Part shown: positions 10,292 to 20,289 of the stretch, one piece after another
Numbering within the stretch: the stretch's first letter is position 1
Layout: every line of letters begins with the position of its first letter
IMG/VR virus record: IMGVR_UViG_3300009370_000002
Direction: 5' to 3' (one strand)
Source of the DNA: a virus
Length of the DNA stretch: 64,000 bases
The notes under the pieces: model-generated
Seen by the model: the letters and a program-made list of their open reading frames with translations, nothing else
Databases searched by the model: none
Told to the model about the DNA's origin: nothing
Made by a program: the position numbers and the translations under genes

Positions 10292-11482
10292 TTATTCTGT
10301 TATATAACCATACGGTCGTCTGCCGTGTTTGTACTTTTTCTTATCTTTCGGCAAAAGAGTCCACCCTATCAACTCTGGTTCCTTTAGTGGGTCAACAGGG
10401 CAAAATGGAGTGTCTTTTTTACACTTGAGTGTTCCTGGCTTCACGCCTTTCCCTCTTTGCTTTAGATAGTTCTTTTCCCACTCTGCTTCGTTGATTTTCG
10501 TTGTATCCAGCTTAGTACTAGCATTCACTGGTTTCCAAATTTCCAAATGAAGGTGTCCTCCAGTGGAAACACCAGTGCTACCTACAGCGCCAATCACATC
10601 CTTTTGAGACACGGAAGCCCCAACCTTTAGCGATGAACGCTTCTGCATGTGGTTATACATCGATATCAAGTTTTCCTTTTGGTGATAAATTTCAACAGAA
10701 TTACCATAACCACCACTATATCTGTTCCTCACTACAATCCCATCCAATATGCAAACTATTGCAGTACCTTGTTTGCCATAATTTGAAAAATCAACTCCGG
10801 GGTGCCACTTTCTTCCTACTTTGACATTTCTATACCCATGTCCAGAGGTTTGATAAAATTGGGGAGAAGGAACCGGTAACCAAGCCTTGTCCCAACCAGA
10901 AGGAGGTTGAATCGAGCCTGGCTTATATACTGGTGGTTTTCCTTTTTTGAACTTTTCTTCAGATCCTTGTCCATCGCCAGAGCCATAAGAGGTACCTTTA
11001 AGTGTCAGAGATTTGTTGAGCGCCAATTTGATAAAATATGTGCCACCCAAATTGAGAACCAAAACTGACGCTCCGAAAGTCGGTAATACTTCTACGCTTT
11101 CCGTATATGCAAAAAGCATCGTATCAACCAAGGATGCCCTATCGGCTTTTGTTTTTTTGTTACGAATGTCCCCATAACAATCAGTAGGAGATGTTACATT
11201 TGTTGCATAGGCAGAAGACATTATTTGTATCCTGACTTTGTATCTGCCAACGCCGTCCCCCAAATCAACAATTTCAGCAGTATGAAAATATTGCCGAGAT
11301 TGATTTTTAGTGGGCACTAGCTGTGAATTCTCACCTGACAATACAATCCCATACCACAAATCGCTTGTGTCTGAAAACAAAACATCTTCAACGGTATCAA
11401 ACCACCTCGCAACATCATCGGAAAACGTTCCCCTTTTCCTCTTTGGGTGATGAGGATTCTTACTTTTATCATATCCTGGCAT
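10292..11482 (-). CDS. M23 family peptidase with shared N-terminal domain
   Basis: HPGVDF, YGNSVEIYH, YNHM, GSTGVSTGGHLHLEI motifs. Confidence 0.9.
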   Translation of the reverse strand: MPGYDKSKNPHHPKRKRGTFSDDVARWFDTVEDVLFSDTSDLWYGIVLSGENSQLVPTKNQSRQYFHTAEIVDLGDGVGRYKVRIQIMSSAYATNVTSPTDCYGDIRNKKTKADRASLVDTMLFAYTESVEVLPTFGASVLVLNLGGTYFIKLALNKSLTLKGTSYGSGDGQGSEEKFKKGKPPVYKPGSIQPPSGWDKAWLPVPSPQFYQTSGHGYRNVKVGRKWHPGVDFSNYGKQGTAIVCILDGIVVRNRYSGGYGNSVEIYHQKENLISMYNHMQKRSSLKVGASVSQKDVIGAVGSTGVSTGGHLHLEIWKPVNASTKLDTTKINEAEWEKNYLKQRGKGVKPGTLKCKKDTPFCPVDPLKEPELIGWTLLPKDKKKYKHGRRPYGYITE

Positions 11483-11500
11483 ATTATTCTCCTACTTTCT

Positions 11501-12946
11501 CTATTTAATGACTCTTTGATCGCCGCATGGCTCCCAGTGCCATGGCTCAATAGCCTGGCCCTTAAGGCACGTTCCCTTTTGACCAAGATATGCCCATGTG
11601 ATACCGCCAAAGGGTTCCCAACCCGGTATTGGCTCCCTCGTCTTCGGATCTACTCCCTGTGCGTTTTTCATCATCCACTTCCAATGTTCGCTATCAAAGC
11701 CTATTGCCCAACCTTTTTTCTTTAATTTTCCTTTATCCGTGAACTTCCACTTACCCCCATTTCCATGAAAGGGGTTTGGGTCACCTTTTTTATGATAATG
11801 GCTATGGCTATAATATGGTCTAATGTCTATAGCTTGTGCAAAGCCATGGTTAGATCTGCCTGGGATAGCAGTCATACATTTGCCTCCTGATACTGACGAG
11901 CATCCACGGGGTATTTTTTTGCCATCTTTGTCAACCTTTGCCCGATATTCAACAGGGCTGGAGCCAGGAACCTTCTCCATCATAAAATCACTAGCTAAAC
12001 CATCACCTGATTTAGCAGCGCCTTTCCTTCGATTTTTCAATTGTTGTTCAAAGCTTCTATAGCAACTGGCTTTAAGCTTCTCACCTAAATCTCTTTGATA
12101 CGCTGCTGCCATTAGCTCAAAACTGTTGTGATAGTCTACAAGCATTTTATGACCTGAGCCGGCTGGTTCCCAATTGGTTTTGGATGGTAGTCCTGTGATG
12201 TCTGCTCCAGAGTGGGGAAGCCCATTCAAAACCTTCTTTCCATGCCATGCGGTAACTTTACCATAATATTTCTTTACCCTAGGTCTCAAGTTATGTTTCA
12301 AAGCTATACGATTAAGCTCCGGGGTGGAAAGGTTTTGTGGAACTTCGCCGTATTTATCTTTACCTGTGTAGCCACCTGTGCCGCCCCCAAGACCTCTGCC
12401 GCCACGATACTTTCCTTCTGTGCTTGTGCCTGTTCCTGATGTCTTGCTCATGCTTAGCGGCTTAGAAATGTTCTCTATAACAAAAAAATCTTCACCTTCT
12501 TGCCTTACCATAATTATTGTACCATATGATAGAGCAGTAGCATCAGACGCTGGGAACACTGAAAATGCGTCTGGGTGGAAACTAATTCTGTTCTGCCTAT
12601 CTGCTTCTGTAAGTCCACTATCAAGTGGCGATGGAAACATGTCTGTATCGGTATGCGAACCGATATCGTAAATTTTATTATCAATAAACCTAATTTTGAA
12701 TTTATACCTGGCTATACTGTCCATGCTGAATATGATACGCTCAATATGATTTTTAAGATTTAACGATTGACGAGGATTCCCAAATCCACTCAAAACTACA
12801 GCTAGTCTTTCTTTTTCCTCTTGTGATTGAGCATTAGCCTCTTGGGCATCGTATATTTGATTAAATACAGCAGAACTATACATTCCCCTATTGCTCATAA
12901 GAAAATTGTAAAAATCAGAAGTTAATACGTTTTTGTATTTTGCCAT
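11501..12946 (-). CDS. M15 (VanY-like) peptidase with shared N-terminal domain
   Basis: SCYRSFEQQ, AIPGRSNHGFAQAID, EPWHWE motifs; start moved to MAKYK (12946) based on GGAG RBS. Confidence 0.85.
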   Translation of the reverse strand: MAKYKNVLTSDFYNFLMSNRGMYSSAVFNQIYDAQEANAQSQEEKERLAVVLSGFGNPRQSLNLKNHIERIIFSMDSIARYKFKIRFIDNKIYDIGSHTDTDMFPSPLDSGLTEADRQNRISFHPDAFSVFPASDATALSYGTIIMVRQEGEDFFVIENISKPLSMSKTSGTGTSTEGKYRGGRGLGGGTGGYTGKDKYGEVPQNLSTPELNRIALKHNLRPRVKKYYGKVTAWHGKKVLNGLPHSGADITGLPSKTNWEPAGSGHKMLVDYHNSFELMAAAYQRDLGEKLKASCYRSFEQQLKNRRKGAAKSGDGLASDFMMEKVPGSSPVEYRAKVDKDGKKIPRGCSSVSGGKCMTAIPGRSNHGFAQAIDIRPYYSHSHYHKKGDPNPFHGNGGKWKFTDKGKLKKKGWAIGFDSEHWKWMMKNAQGVDPKTREPIPGWEPFGGITWAYLGQKGTCLKGQAIEPWHWEPCGDQRVIK

Positions 12947-12951
12947 TACTC

Positions 12952-14256
12952 TTACTCCGTTATATAACCCAAGGTGCAATTGCTCACTTTGCCCTTTCGT
13001 TCCTTATTAATCCACTTACATGTTCGAGTTCCCTTTTTTCCGGGCTTTCTTGGTATTACCGTCCAGCCAATAATCTCTGGGATTGTGGTTGGATCCACTT
13101 CATGGAATGGTGAAGTTTCAATGGGGTCGAATGTTTCGTGTGCCACACCAGGACCAATTTGTTTTTGGTATATATCATACCAATTTTTATCTCCAATCTG
13201 GCTTGTATCAATCACGTTGTTTCCGTTATTAAACTTTTTGTTTGGAATCCAGACTTCAAAGTGAAGATGCGGGCCAGACGAACTACCTGTCGAGCCGCAG
13301 CCAGCTACAACCTGGCCCTTTGTTACTTTATCTCCAACTTTCAGTGTGGTTTTGCCTTGGATGTGGTGATATCTAGAGATGACGCCTGGACCTGGGTGCC
13401 ACAAATGAACTTGGTTTCCAAATCCACGGTGTCCTTTGCCACCAGTGCCTTTACCGCACCCTGGTGACTCGACAGCGCAAGATTTTACTGTTCTCACAAC
13501 AATGCCATCAAAAATTGCAAATATTGGACTGCCTAGCCCTACCGCCAAATCCATTCCTGGGTGGAATCTTCTGTAGACACTTCTCTGCTGGAAAGCAGAG
13601 GTGATCCTCATTGTTGGTACTCGCACTGGGATGTGCGCCTTTGTCCAGCCTTCGGGCATTTTTGTGTCTCCCTTTCTCATTTTTCCTGGTGTCCATGACC
13701 CTCTGCCAAAATCATCCTGGGAGCCTGTGCCTTCTCCTGTTCCTGTTCCTGTGCTGGACACTAAAGCAGTGCCACCGACACTCTTAATAAACCAAATACC
13801 ACCCCGCTCAACAACCTCAATTCGACACAAATATGTCAATTTCATTTGCATACCTCTGATATCACTATAAGCATATGGTTTAGATTTTATTCTACTCTGA
13901 CGAGTTGCTTCTGATATTCCAGATTCAAAAGGATTTTTTCCATAACTTTCAGTGAAAGCTCTACCAACATCTGTGTCATATGCTTCTTCTTCTATTGACC
14001 AGCGTATTTTCCACCGGGCAATACCATCATCAAATGAAACAAGACTAAAATCATTGGTAAATCGCCGACTCTTCCCAGTTTGATTAGTCTGTCCGCTAAG
14101 GCACACTGCTTTGTATGACTTTCTCTTTTGTGGTGTAAGTGCGTTTATTTCATTATCATTATGAACTGAATCGATAGCCCTATCGGCAGCATTATTAATT
14201 CCACTTCCAAAAGGGTTATTCCACCCACTTATGTAATTCTTAGACCAATCACCCAT
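12952..14256 (-). CDS. M23 family peptidase with shared N-terminal domain
   Basis: HPGMDLA, GFGNQVHLWH, YHHI, GSTGSSSGPHLHFEV; start MGDWS overlaps upstream stop. Confidence 0.9.
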   Translation of the reverse strand: MGDWSKNYISGWNNPFGSGINNAADRAIDSVHNDNEINALTPQKRKSYKAVCLSGQTNQTGKSRRFTNDFSLVSFDDGIARWKIRWSIEEEAYDTDVGRAFTESYGKNPFESGISEATRQSRIKSKPYAYSDIRGMQMKLTYLCRIEVVERGGIWFIKSVGGTALVSSTGTGTGEGTGSQDDFGRGSWTPGKMRKGDTKMPEGWTKAHIPVRVPTMRITSAFQQRSVYRRFHPGMDLAVGLGSPIFAIFDGIVVRTVKSCAVESPGCGKGTGGKGHRGFGNQVHLWHPGPGVISRYHHIQGKTTLKVGDKVTKGQVVAGCGSTGSSSGPHLHFEVWIPNKKFNNGNNVIDTSQIGDKNWYDIYQKQIGPGVAHETFDPIETSPFHEVDPTTIPEIIGWTVIPRKPGKKGTRTCKWINKERKGKVSNCTLGYITE

Positions 14257-14539
14257 CCTCTTCACCTGATATCATTTCAAAAATATTTTTAACCTCTTCA
14301 GAAGATAGACCAGATTCTTTCTCTTGCTTTGACATCAAACCAACAACCTTAACTAACTGCTCATTTGAACGCTGAAGCGTTTCAACATACTTCGCCATAA
14401 CTACGCCAACTTGCTGGTGTCGGGACTCATCTTTAGATAGCCACTTGATAGCATCATCAAGCAATTCCTTGGTTATCTCTCTGTCTTTGCGAATATTTTC
14501 TACCACTTCGGTAATGTACTTGTCTGTCTTGAAACTCAT
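14249..14539 (-). CDS. Hypothetical coiled-coil protein
   Basis: 96-aa ORF, coupled to next gene. Confidence 0.6.
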   Translation of the reverse strand: MSFKTDKYITEVVENIRKDREITKELLDDAIKWLSKDESRHQQVGVVMAKYVETLQRSNEQLVKVVGLMSKQEKESGLSSEEVKNIFEMISGEEDG

Positions 14540-14557
14540 ATCTCTAATTAGAATAGT

Positions 14558-15244
14558 TTAAATTTTTCCATTATCCCAATCGACTTTAAACATTCTGTAT
14601 TTTTTCCTTATTTTATTAAGTTGGGATACCACCTGTTTGGTATTCATGCCTGTTAGCTCTCTAAGATAAAGATAAATTGCTTTCTTGTTAAATATCTCTA
14701 TCTCTTCCACTGAAGAGAGCAAAACCTTGACTGCTTCGAACACCTTTTTCTCACTTTCTTTCATATCGTCTGTCGACCAGCCATCTATCTCTTCCCAGAG
14801 TTTAATCCAGAAATCACGATTCGTTTCTTCCTTCTCCCACTCATTATAGCACACTATCTTCTCTTCGTCAACCTCTTTCAGGGCATCCTCGTAATCAACT
14901 TCCCTCTTTGCTCTTTTTGAGGTTTGCTTGACTTTGTGAATAAACCAGTTTTTGGTTATGACGCTAAAATAGGAAAAGGCTTTAGAGCCTTTACTTGAAT
15001 CATATTTTTCCAAAATGGTTGTTAGCCACACCTTACATTCGTTTCTCAATTCATCAATGTTCGGCAATGTGGTGAATTTGTATGTAAACACTATCTTGTC
15101 TACCATTTGATCAAACGCAGGTTGAATCCACCTTACATACAATTCTGTTCTTTCTTTATTACACGATGATTTAGTATATCTAATTATCGCGTCTTCGTGT
15201 TCCTGCGTAAAATACATTTTCTTCGCTGATTTCTTTCTTGGCAT
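14558..15244 (-). CDS. Phage RNA polymerase sigma factor (sigma70-fold, gp55-like)
   Basis: Region-2-like LEKYDSSKGSKAFSYFSVITKNWFI and C-terminal HTH-like YLYLRELTGMNTKQVVSQLNKIR. Confidence 0.75.
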   Translation of the reverse strand: MPRKKSAKKMYFTQEHEDAIIRYTKSSCNKERTELYVRWIQPAFDQMVDKIVFTYKFTTLPNIDELRNECKVWLTTILEKYDSSKGSKAFSYFSVITKNWFIHKVKQTSKRAKREVDYEDALKEVDEEKIVCYNEWEKEETNRDFWIKLWEEIDGWSTDDMKESEKKVFEAVKVLLSSVEEIEIFNKKAIYLYLRELTGMNTKQVVSQLNKIRKKYRMFKVDWDNGKI

Positions 15245-15569
15245 CTAGTTCTATTTCCTCTTGTAATTCTTCTTCCTCTATTTCTTCGGTTAATTTATAT
15301 ACTTCGTTATATTCATCCAATATCTCAAGCAGACTCTTGGTATGAGACAGCATAAATTTAATGTCTTCATCGCCATAATATTGCTCCAAGTGAAATACCT
15401 CAGATAAATGCTTTTGATAATTGGTGATTACTTCAACCAAATCGCCCAAATTTTCGCCCACAAATATAAACCTACCCAATACCCTACGTATATACCAAAA
15501 GCTTAAAATATTGGCGCTTATGGACGCAGAAAGGGCAAGAATTAACCAGAACACTAAATCAACTTTCAT
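15180..15569 (-). CDS. Hypothetical membrane-anchored protein
   Basis: N-terminal hydrophobic helix, acidic coiled-coil tail; 3' end overlaps sigma gene start. Confidence 0.6.
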   Translation of the reverse strand: MKVDLVFWLILALSASISANILSFWYIRRVLGRFIFVGENLGDLVEVITNYQKHLSEVFHLEQYYGDEDIKFMLSHTKSLLEILDEYNEVYKLTEEIEEEELQEEIELDAKKEISEENVFYAGTRRRDN

Positions 15570-15819
15570 AAGTAGTGCTCCTAGCTTCTTCTTTCATCGA
15601 CGATAGAAGTTCCCTATTTTGTTCGATGAAGTCTTTAGTCAAGTTGCCAGTTTTTTGGTTCCCAGAGTCTGCTTCTTTTCTGATGCTGGGCATCTGCGGT
15701 ACCCTTGTTAAGAGTCCCGGTACTTGACATAGTTGGCATGATTCTTGCACCTCTTTCATTCCATGTCTTACTTGGAAATGATCATTGCAAGAATCACATC
15801 GATATACGTACCTTGGCAT
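15559..15819 (-). CDS. FmdB-family zinc-ribbon protein
   Basis: MPRYVYRCDSC...CQLC pattern. Confidence 0.8.
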   Translation of the reverse strand: MPRYVYRCDSCNDHFQVRHGMKEVQESCQLCQVPGLLTRVPQMPSIRKEADSGNQKTGNLTKDFIEQNRELLSSMKEEARSTTYES

Positions 15820-16016
15820 TATGATGTCACTACTTTGCTTTTGCGAGTAGCGTCTATTTGCGTCTTGACGGTTGGTGGGTTTACAATAACTACTTCACCA
15901 GTGTCATCCACTTCCAACTTAAAGCCTCGCAGAACAGGCACAATATCACTCTGCTCCAATAGCGATTTCTGAAGAGCCATCATTACGGCTCCAACTGCTT
16001 GATTACTTAATTTCAT
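15819..16016 (-). CDS. Hypothetical protein
   Basis: 65-aa ORF with AGGAG RBS, coupled to next gene. Confidence 0.6.
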   Translation of the reverse strand: MKLSNQAVGAVMMALQKSLLEQSDIVPVLRGFKLEVDDTGEVVIVNPPTVKTQIDATRKSKVVTS

Positions 16017-16025
16017 TTTTATCTC

Positions 16026-16322
16026 CTAATTAAAAAATCTTTCTGAATTTATGTTCTTGTCATCAATAAATAAATCATAATTTGGTTTACCAAATTTCAA
16101 ATCATGATATTTGACACCCCATTTCTCAAATTGTTTCTCTGTGACTGCTCTCCAGTCAATTCCAGATGTTGTCCCTCTAGCTGTCCAATAAATTATAGTA
16201 TTTCCGGAATCATAAAGTTCATTGATTTTCATTATATTATTTTTCATTGGAATTGCTAAAGAATAATCTCTCGTTTCTGGTGTTTTGCATATTGTTTCAT
16301 CAATATCTACATATATTATCAT
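16026..16322 (-). CDS. Small HAD-superfamily phosphatase (capsule biosynthesis phosphatase-like)
   Basis: YVDIDETI motif I, WTARG motif II, KPNYDLFIDD motifs III/IV. Confidence 0.85.
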   Translation of the reverse strand: MIIYVDIDETICKTPETRDYSLAIPMKNNIMKINELYDSGNTIIYWTARGTTSGIDWRAVTEKQFEKWGVKYHDLKFGKPNYDLFIDDKNINSERFFN

Positions 16323-16330
16323 ATAATCTC

Positions 16331-17014
16331 CTAAATCTTTCCTATTAATACATCAGTTTTCAAATCATAAATTAACTTCCCAGGAAGCTTTTTTATTCGG
16401 CTCATTTCTGTTCCGTTTGTCTCAAATAAAATAAACCACCTCTCGACAGTACATAGATAATCTTTTATATGATTAATGATACTTTCTTCTTGCCCTTCAA
16501 TATCAATTTTTATTAATAGTGTTTTTGGTTTGGGGGCAATATTCTTTAAGAACTCGGCAATGTCACAAACACCAACTTGCTCTTCAGAATAAAATTCCGG
16601 TTGCTGAACATCGCTGTATCTTTGGTCTCTCCATTCCCATTTCTCAAGCCTGCCGCCTCCTGAGTATTTTTTGTGAAAATGGAACATCTGATTTGAACTA
16701 TTAGTACCAACTGCTTGTGGTATAATGTGTAGATTATCATACAGTAGTGCTGTTTTATTTAACGACTTTATTACCCAAGGGTTGGGCTCAAAGGCATATA
16801 TCTTTCCAACTGCATTAGATAAAGCGACTGAGAATTCGCCGTAATTAGCACCCATATCAATAAACACGTCAACTTCTTCCTTCTTGCATATTTTTTTTAA
16901 TAATGAGACTTTTTCTTTTTGGGTTCCGCCTTTATCCTGTATCCACATTCCTCTAATGTCACTGTCATTTATGAAGATTTCATTCCTATCATATATAATA
17001 ATTTTCTTTTGCAT
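16331..17014 (-). CDS. FkbM-family SAM-dependent methyltransferase
   Basis: FIDMGANYGEFS, YAFEPNP, LIKIDIEGQE. Confidence 0.85.
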   Translation of the reverse strand: MQKKIIIYDRNEIFINDSDIRGMWIQDKGGTQKEKVSLLKKICKKEEVDVFIDMGANYGEFSVALSNAVGKIYAFEPNPWVIKSLNKTALLYDNLHIIPQAVGTNSSNQMFHFHKKYSGGGRLEKWEWRDQRYSDVQQPEFYSEEQVGVCDIAEFLKNIAPKPKTLLIKIDIEGQEESIINHIKDYLCTVERWFILFETNGTEMSRIKKLPGKLIYDLKTDVLIGKI

Positions 17015-17910
17015 TAAAACAAATTCTCCCTTGCCAATATGGCTCTAAAGCTTAATCTCAAAGTGCCAACCGGGGTTGGTGTTCTTCTATGAAACATTCT
17101 AGTGTCTACAATGAACATGGTATTTGACTGGGCAGAGCATTTCACCTCGTCTTTCAATTTCAGCTTTTTGGCGCTTTCTTCGTAATCTGTCACATTATAG
17201 TGTAAGCGGCTCCAGTTGCTTTGGTTCAAGCTTTTCTCTTTAAGCCACCTAAGTCTCTCAACAGTATTAACATGAGAAGCCCTAAAAAAAGCAAGAGGTC
17301 CATGCTTCTCTTTTACTTCAAAAGGGTAATACCACACTTTGTAATTAGGATAAAATTTATCAACATGAAAATTATACTGGCGGCTATCTTCGTCCGCCTC
17401 ATCAAATACAGAATGTGATATCCTCCTTAAATACAAAGATTTTTCAAAATATAAATTATTTGCTTGACACAGTCTGAAAACATCCTGCATTTGTTTGTGG
17501 GATGAAATATCCATAAGCAAGGGCAAATTAGAAGATACTTTTTTTGTTAATGTATTTAAATTTAAAATATTCGTTTGTAAATGTTTTAATTTCTCCCTAC
17601 TCATTACATTGCTTATCTTTATATACCCGTTTTCCTTCAGAGAGCGATGGCTTTCGCTACCATATAACAAACACTTTTGCCGACTCTCTTCAAACTTTTG
17701 ATCGTATGCCAGCGCACGATACGCCTGGAGTCCTTTTTCGTTCAATTCTTTATCATCAATGAAATTATCTAAAGTTAAAACATTTACTTTTTTTTCACCA
17801 ATCAAAGTTAACAATTCGTACACCTCAAAGCCCATCGCATCGAAAAACTTTTTTTGATTATCATTATTTAAATAATATTCCACTGTCATGTTCTCTTGTT
17901 TATGTTCCAT
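17014..17910 (-). CDS. 2OG-Fe(II) dioxygenase (PhyH-like)
   Basis: FHVD (HxD), GPLAFFRASH, MFIVDTRMFHRR (distal His), R in SFRA. Confidence 0.7.
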   Translation of the reverse strand: MEHKQENMTVEYYLNNDNQKKFFDAMGFEVYELLTLIGEKKVNVLTLDNFIDDKELNEKGLQAYRALAYDQKFEESRQKCLLYGSESHRSLKENGYIKISNVMSREKLKHLQTNILNLNTLTKKVSSNLPLLMDISSHKQMQDVFRLCQANNLYFEKSLYLRRISHSVFDEADEDSRQYNFHVDKFYPNYKVWYYPFEVKEKHGPLAFFRASHVNTVERLRWLKEKSLNQSNWSRLHYNVTDYEESAKKLKLKDEVKCSAQSNTMFIVDTRMFHRRTPTPVGTLRLSFRAILARENLF

Positions 17911-18755
17911 AAATATTCTTGGTAATTTTCCCCAAGCTTTTCAGTGAGAACTTTTGTTGATAAATTACAAGGATGGCCATGTCCTAAATTTTTAAATTTT
18001 ACATCCTTACCGATGTCATGAAGTAAGTAATCCCACATTGACAAATACTGCTCCTCATAAATAGAAAATATTTCTTCTTCTGTTGAATTGTTTTCGACAG
18101 TTCCGTTGGGAGCCTTTGTTGTCTCGAATGTACTATTGGTGAATTTTAATTGCATACTTTTGTTAACATAGCCATCCATGCCAACAAAGCCTATTTCGCT
18201 TGCTCCTGCTGCGATTGCTATGCATGCTAATCGTGGTATACTCCCTATTCTGGAGTGGTATCTTGTAAAAGCCCAGAAAACACTGTCCGGGTACAAACGT
18301 TTAAACTTGCCCATCTCTTCAGTTTTAGTATATTTGTTTTCAAAACACACCACAGTATTGTTATTATCCAAGTAATTTAAAAGCTTTTTATCAAACAAAT
18401 CATTTTCATTACCAAGCGTCACTAAATCAATTGACGTTCTATTTAATCTGCTGTTTTTATAAAAATGATTACAACTCCAAACATAATCATACCCATCAAT
18501 ATTCGTACTATCTGTAAAAGAAGGGCCGGCACCTATTAAAAGTATTTTTGAGTTCTGAAATTTCTTTAAAAAACCATACTGCTGAAATGCCACTTCTTTT
18601 GTAAACTTAAAGTTTTCACTAGATAAATACTTTATGGCACCGCTTAAAAATGGACCTCCCATCTTAAGTCTTTTGAGAAAATCATTTTTATGGCATAAAA
18701 AACTCACTCTTTTAAAAGCAGAATTTGTTTTATATGTTTCACTGCTCCACTTCAT
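17886..18755 (-). CDS. Maf/DUF115/Cst-like nonulosonate transferase candidate
   Basis: ILLIGAGPSF, WSCNHFY, GFVGMDG motifs typical of the Cst/Maf Rossmann fold. Confidence 0.6.
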   Translation of the reverse strand: MKWSSETYKTNSAFKRVSFLCHKNDFLKRLKMGGPFLSGAIKYLSSENFKFTKEVAFQQYGFLKKFQNSKILLIGAGPSFTDSTNIDGYDYVWSCNHFYKNSRLNRTSIDLVTLGNENDLFDKKLLNYLDNNNTVVCFENKYTKTEEMGKFKRLYPDSVFWAFTRYHSRIGSIPRLACIAIAAGASEIGFVGMDGYVNKSMQLKFTNSTFETTKAPNGTVENNSTEEEIFSIYEEQYLSMWDYLLHDIGKDVKFKNLGHGHPCNLSTKVLTEKLGENYQEYLWNINKRT

Positions 18756-18946
18756 TTATCATTTCCAGCTAATTCTTCTGTCAATTCGGTTATTCGGACA
18801 TCACACTCTTTTATATCCTTAAATATTACCCTAGCTCGCTCGGGCGCCAATTTAAAACATAAACGCACTGCATCCATCCAATTGACATTGTTTTTTGCTC
18901 GTATTTCTTGAATTTCATCAATTATCTCTTCATCAGTTCTTTTCAT
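18752..18946 (-). CDS. Small hypothetical protein
   Basis: MKRTDEEIIDEIQEIRAKNNVNWMD...; start chosen after GGAG RBS. Confidence 0.6.
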   Translation of the reverse strand: MKRTDEEIIDEIQEIRAKNNVNWMDAVRLCFKLAPERARVIFKDIKECDVRITELTEELAGNDK

Positions 18947-18960
18947 CGGTAAACTCCTTT

Positions 18961-20289
18961 TTAAGAATGAAAATAGTTCATACAATATGACAAGCCACGC
19001 TGATAAATGTCGGGCTTTCTGTTGAACGTTATGTGATTTCCGCCTTCGCAGAAATTCCAATGAGCGTATCTAGGGCCTTTTAGAATCAAACGTAGAATCT
19101 TGGGATCAACCCTATATGATACATATTTTGTATTATTCATCTCTTCTTTTTTAATAATTTTATATCCTTTGCCATTGACTGTTAGTTCTAAGACTCTTTG
19201 TTCAGGCAAAAATATATAAACCACTGTATCGGAAGAAAATTGCAATTCTTTTCTTTTATTTTCAAAGCGAGAATATGATTTCTGCAACAATTTAATTATC
19301 TCACTTAAAGAAACTTCGCTATGGTTTTCGTATGAATATTTCACTTTTGAAAGAACATTATCAATATATTTGTCTCTCGCTTTATAATCAGTTGGGACAT
19401 ATGGAGAACTTTGAATTTCTTTTTCTATGTCGTATGACTCATACGAATTCAAAAGTATGCCCTTGCCTTCTTGCGTTTTAGAAAAATATTCCAAAGCATA
19501 TTCAATTGTATGAACTGCTTTATACTTTTCCAATTTTGATAATTTGCCGGCAAGTGTAAAAGTACCAGCAAAAGGCATATATACCCTTGGCTTCATAAGA
19601 TTGATAAATCTCTCTCCATTCTCCAGCATCATCTTTTTGTAATATTTTCCACGATAAATTTTATCACTATCAGAATAATTCTCGAAACACTGGGGGTATG
19701 CGCTAGCGCCGCAATACCCTGTTAACAAAAAATCAATTTTTGAATGATTTTTCATTATTCTTCTAACGGCATGCTGAGACAATTCAAACGGGCAATCATT
19801 TACATTAACCAAGGTATGTTTTTCATTATAAAAAACACCAATGGTATCGATAGTTGATGCTCTATATTTCTTTTCCATTTTCCCACAACCAAAATGTTTA
19901 AAACAGACTTCAGGATTACAATCGTCAGCAATATAAATACTCAATTTTAGTCCATCACCGCAATCAAATTCTTGTCCATGCTTTAGAGTTATAACAGTTT
20001 TGCCATAACTCTTCAATCTATTTTCTAATCCCTTGGAATAAAAATCATAGATAATCACTGGTATATCATTATTAAACATTCGTAAAGTTTCTTCATCTGC
20101 ATGATCTGCGTGGATGTGGGAAATGTAAATATATTTTATATCTCTCAATTTCTCACTATCCCACTCTACTGGTGGGTAGTGTGCCCATGAACCAAAAAAT
20201 GGTTTTCCGATTATCCAAGGATCTGTTAATACTTTTGTATTTTTATATTCAACAATAGTAGTGGCAGAAGCTACAAAAGTGACTTTCAT
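18961..20289 (-). CDS. CMP-Neu5Ac hydroxylase (CMAH)-like MBL-fold protein, no Rieske domain (copy B)
   Basis: DPWIIG, YIYISHIHADH, NVNDC, GASAYP, KPRVYMPFAG match recalled CMAH motifs (DPWLIG, YISHMHSDH, GASGFP, QPRIYCPFAG). Confidence 0.7.
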   Translation of the reverse strand: MKVTFVASATTIVEYKNTKVLTDPWIIGKPFFGSWAHYPPVEWDSEKLRDIKYIYISHIHADHADEETLRMFNNDIPVIIYDFYSKGLENRLKSYGKTVITLKHGQEFDCGDGLKLSIYIADDCNPEVCFKHFGCGKMEKKYRASTIDTIGVFYNEKHTLVNVNDCPFELSQHAVRRIMKNHSKIDFLLTGYCGASAYPQCFENYSDSDKIYRGKYYKKMMLENGERFINLMKPRVYMPFAGTFTLAGKLSKLEKYKAVHTIEYALEYFSKTQEGKGILLNSYESYDIEKEIQSSPYVPTDYKARDKYIDNVLSKVKYSYENHSEVSLSEIIKLLQKSYSRFENKRKELQFSSDTVVYIFLPEQRVLELTVNGKGYKIIKKEEMNNTKYVSYRVDPKILRLILKGPRYAHWNFCEGGNHITFNRKPDIYQRGLSYCMNYFHS

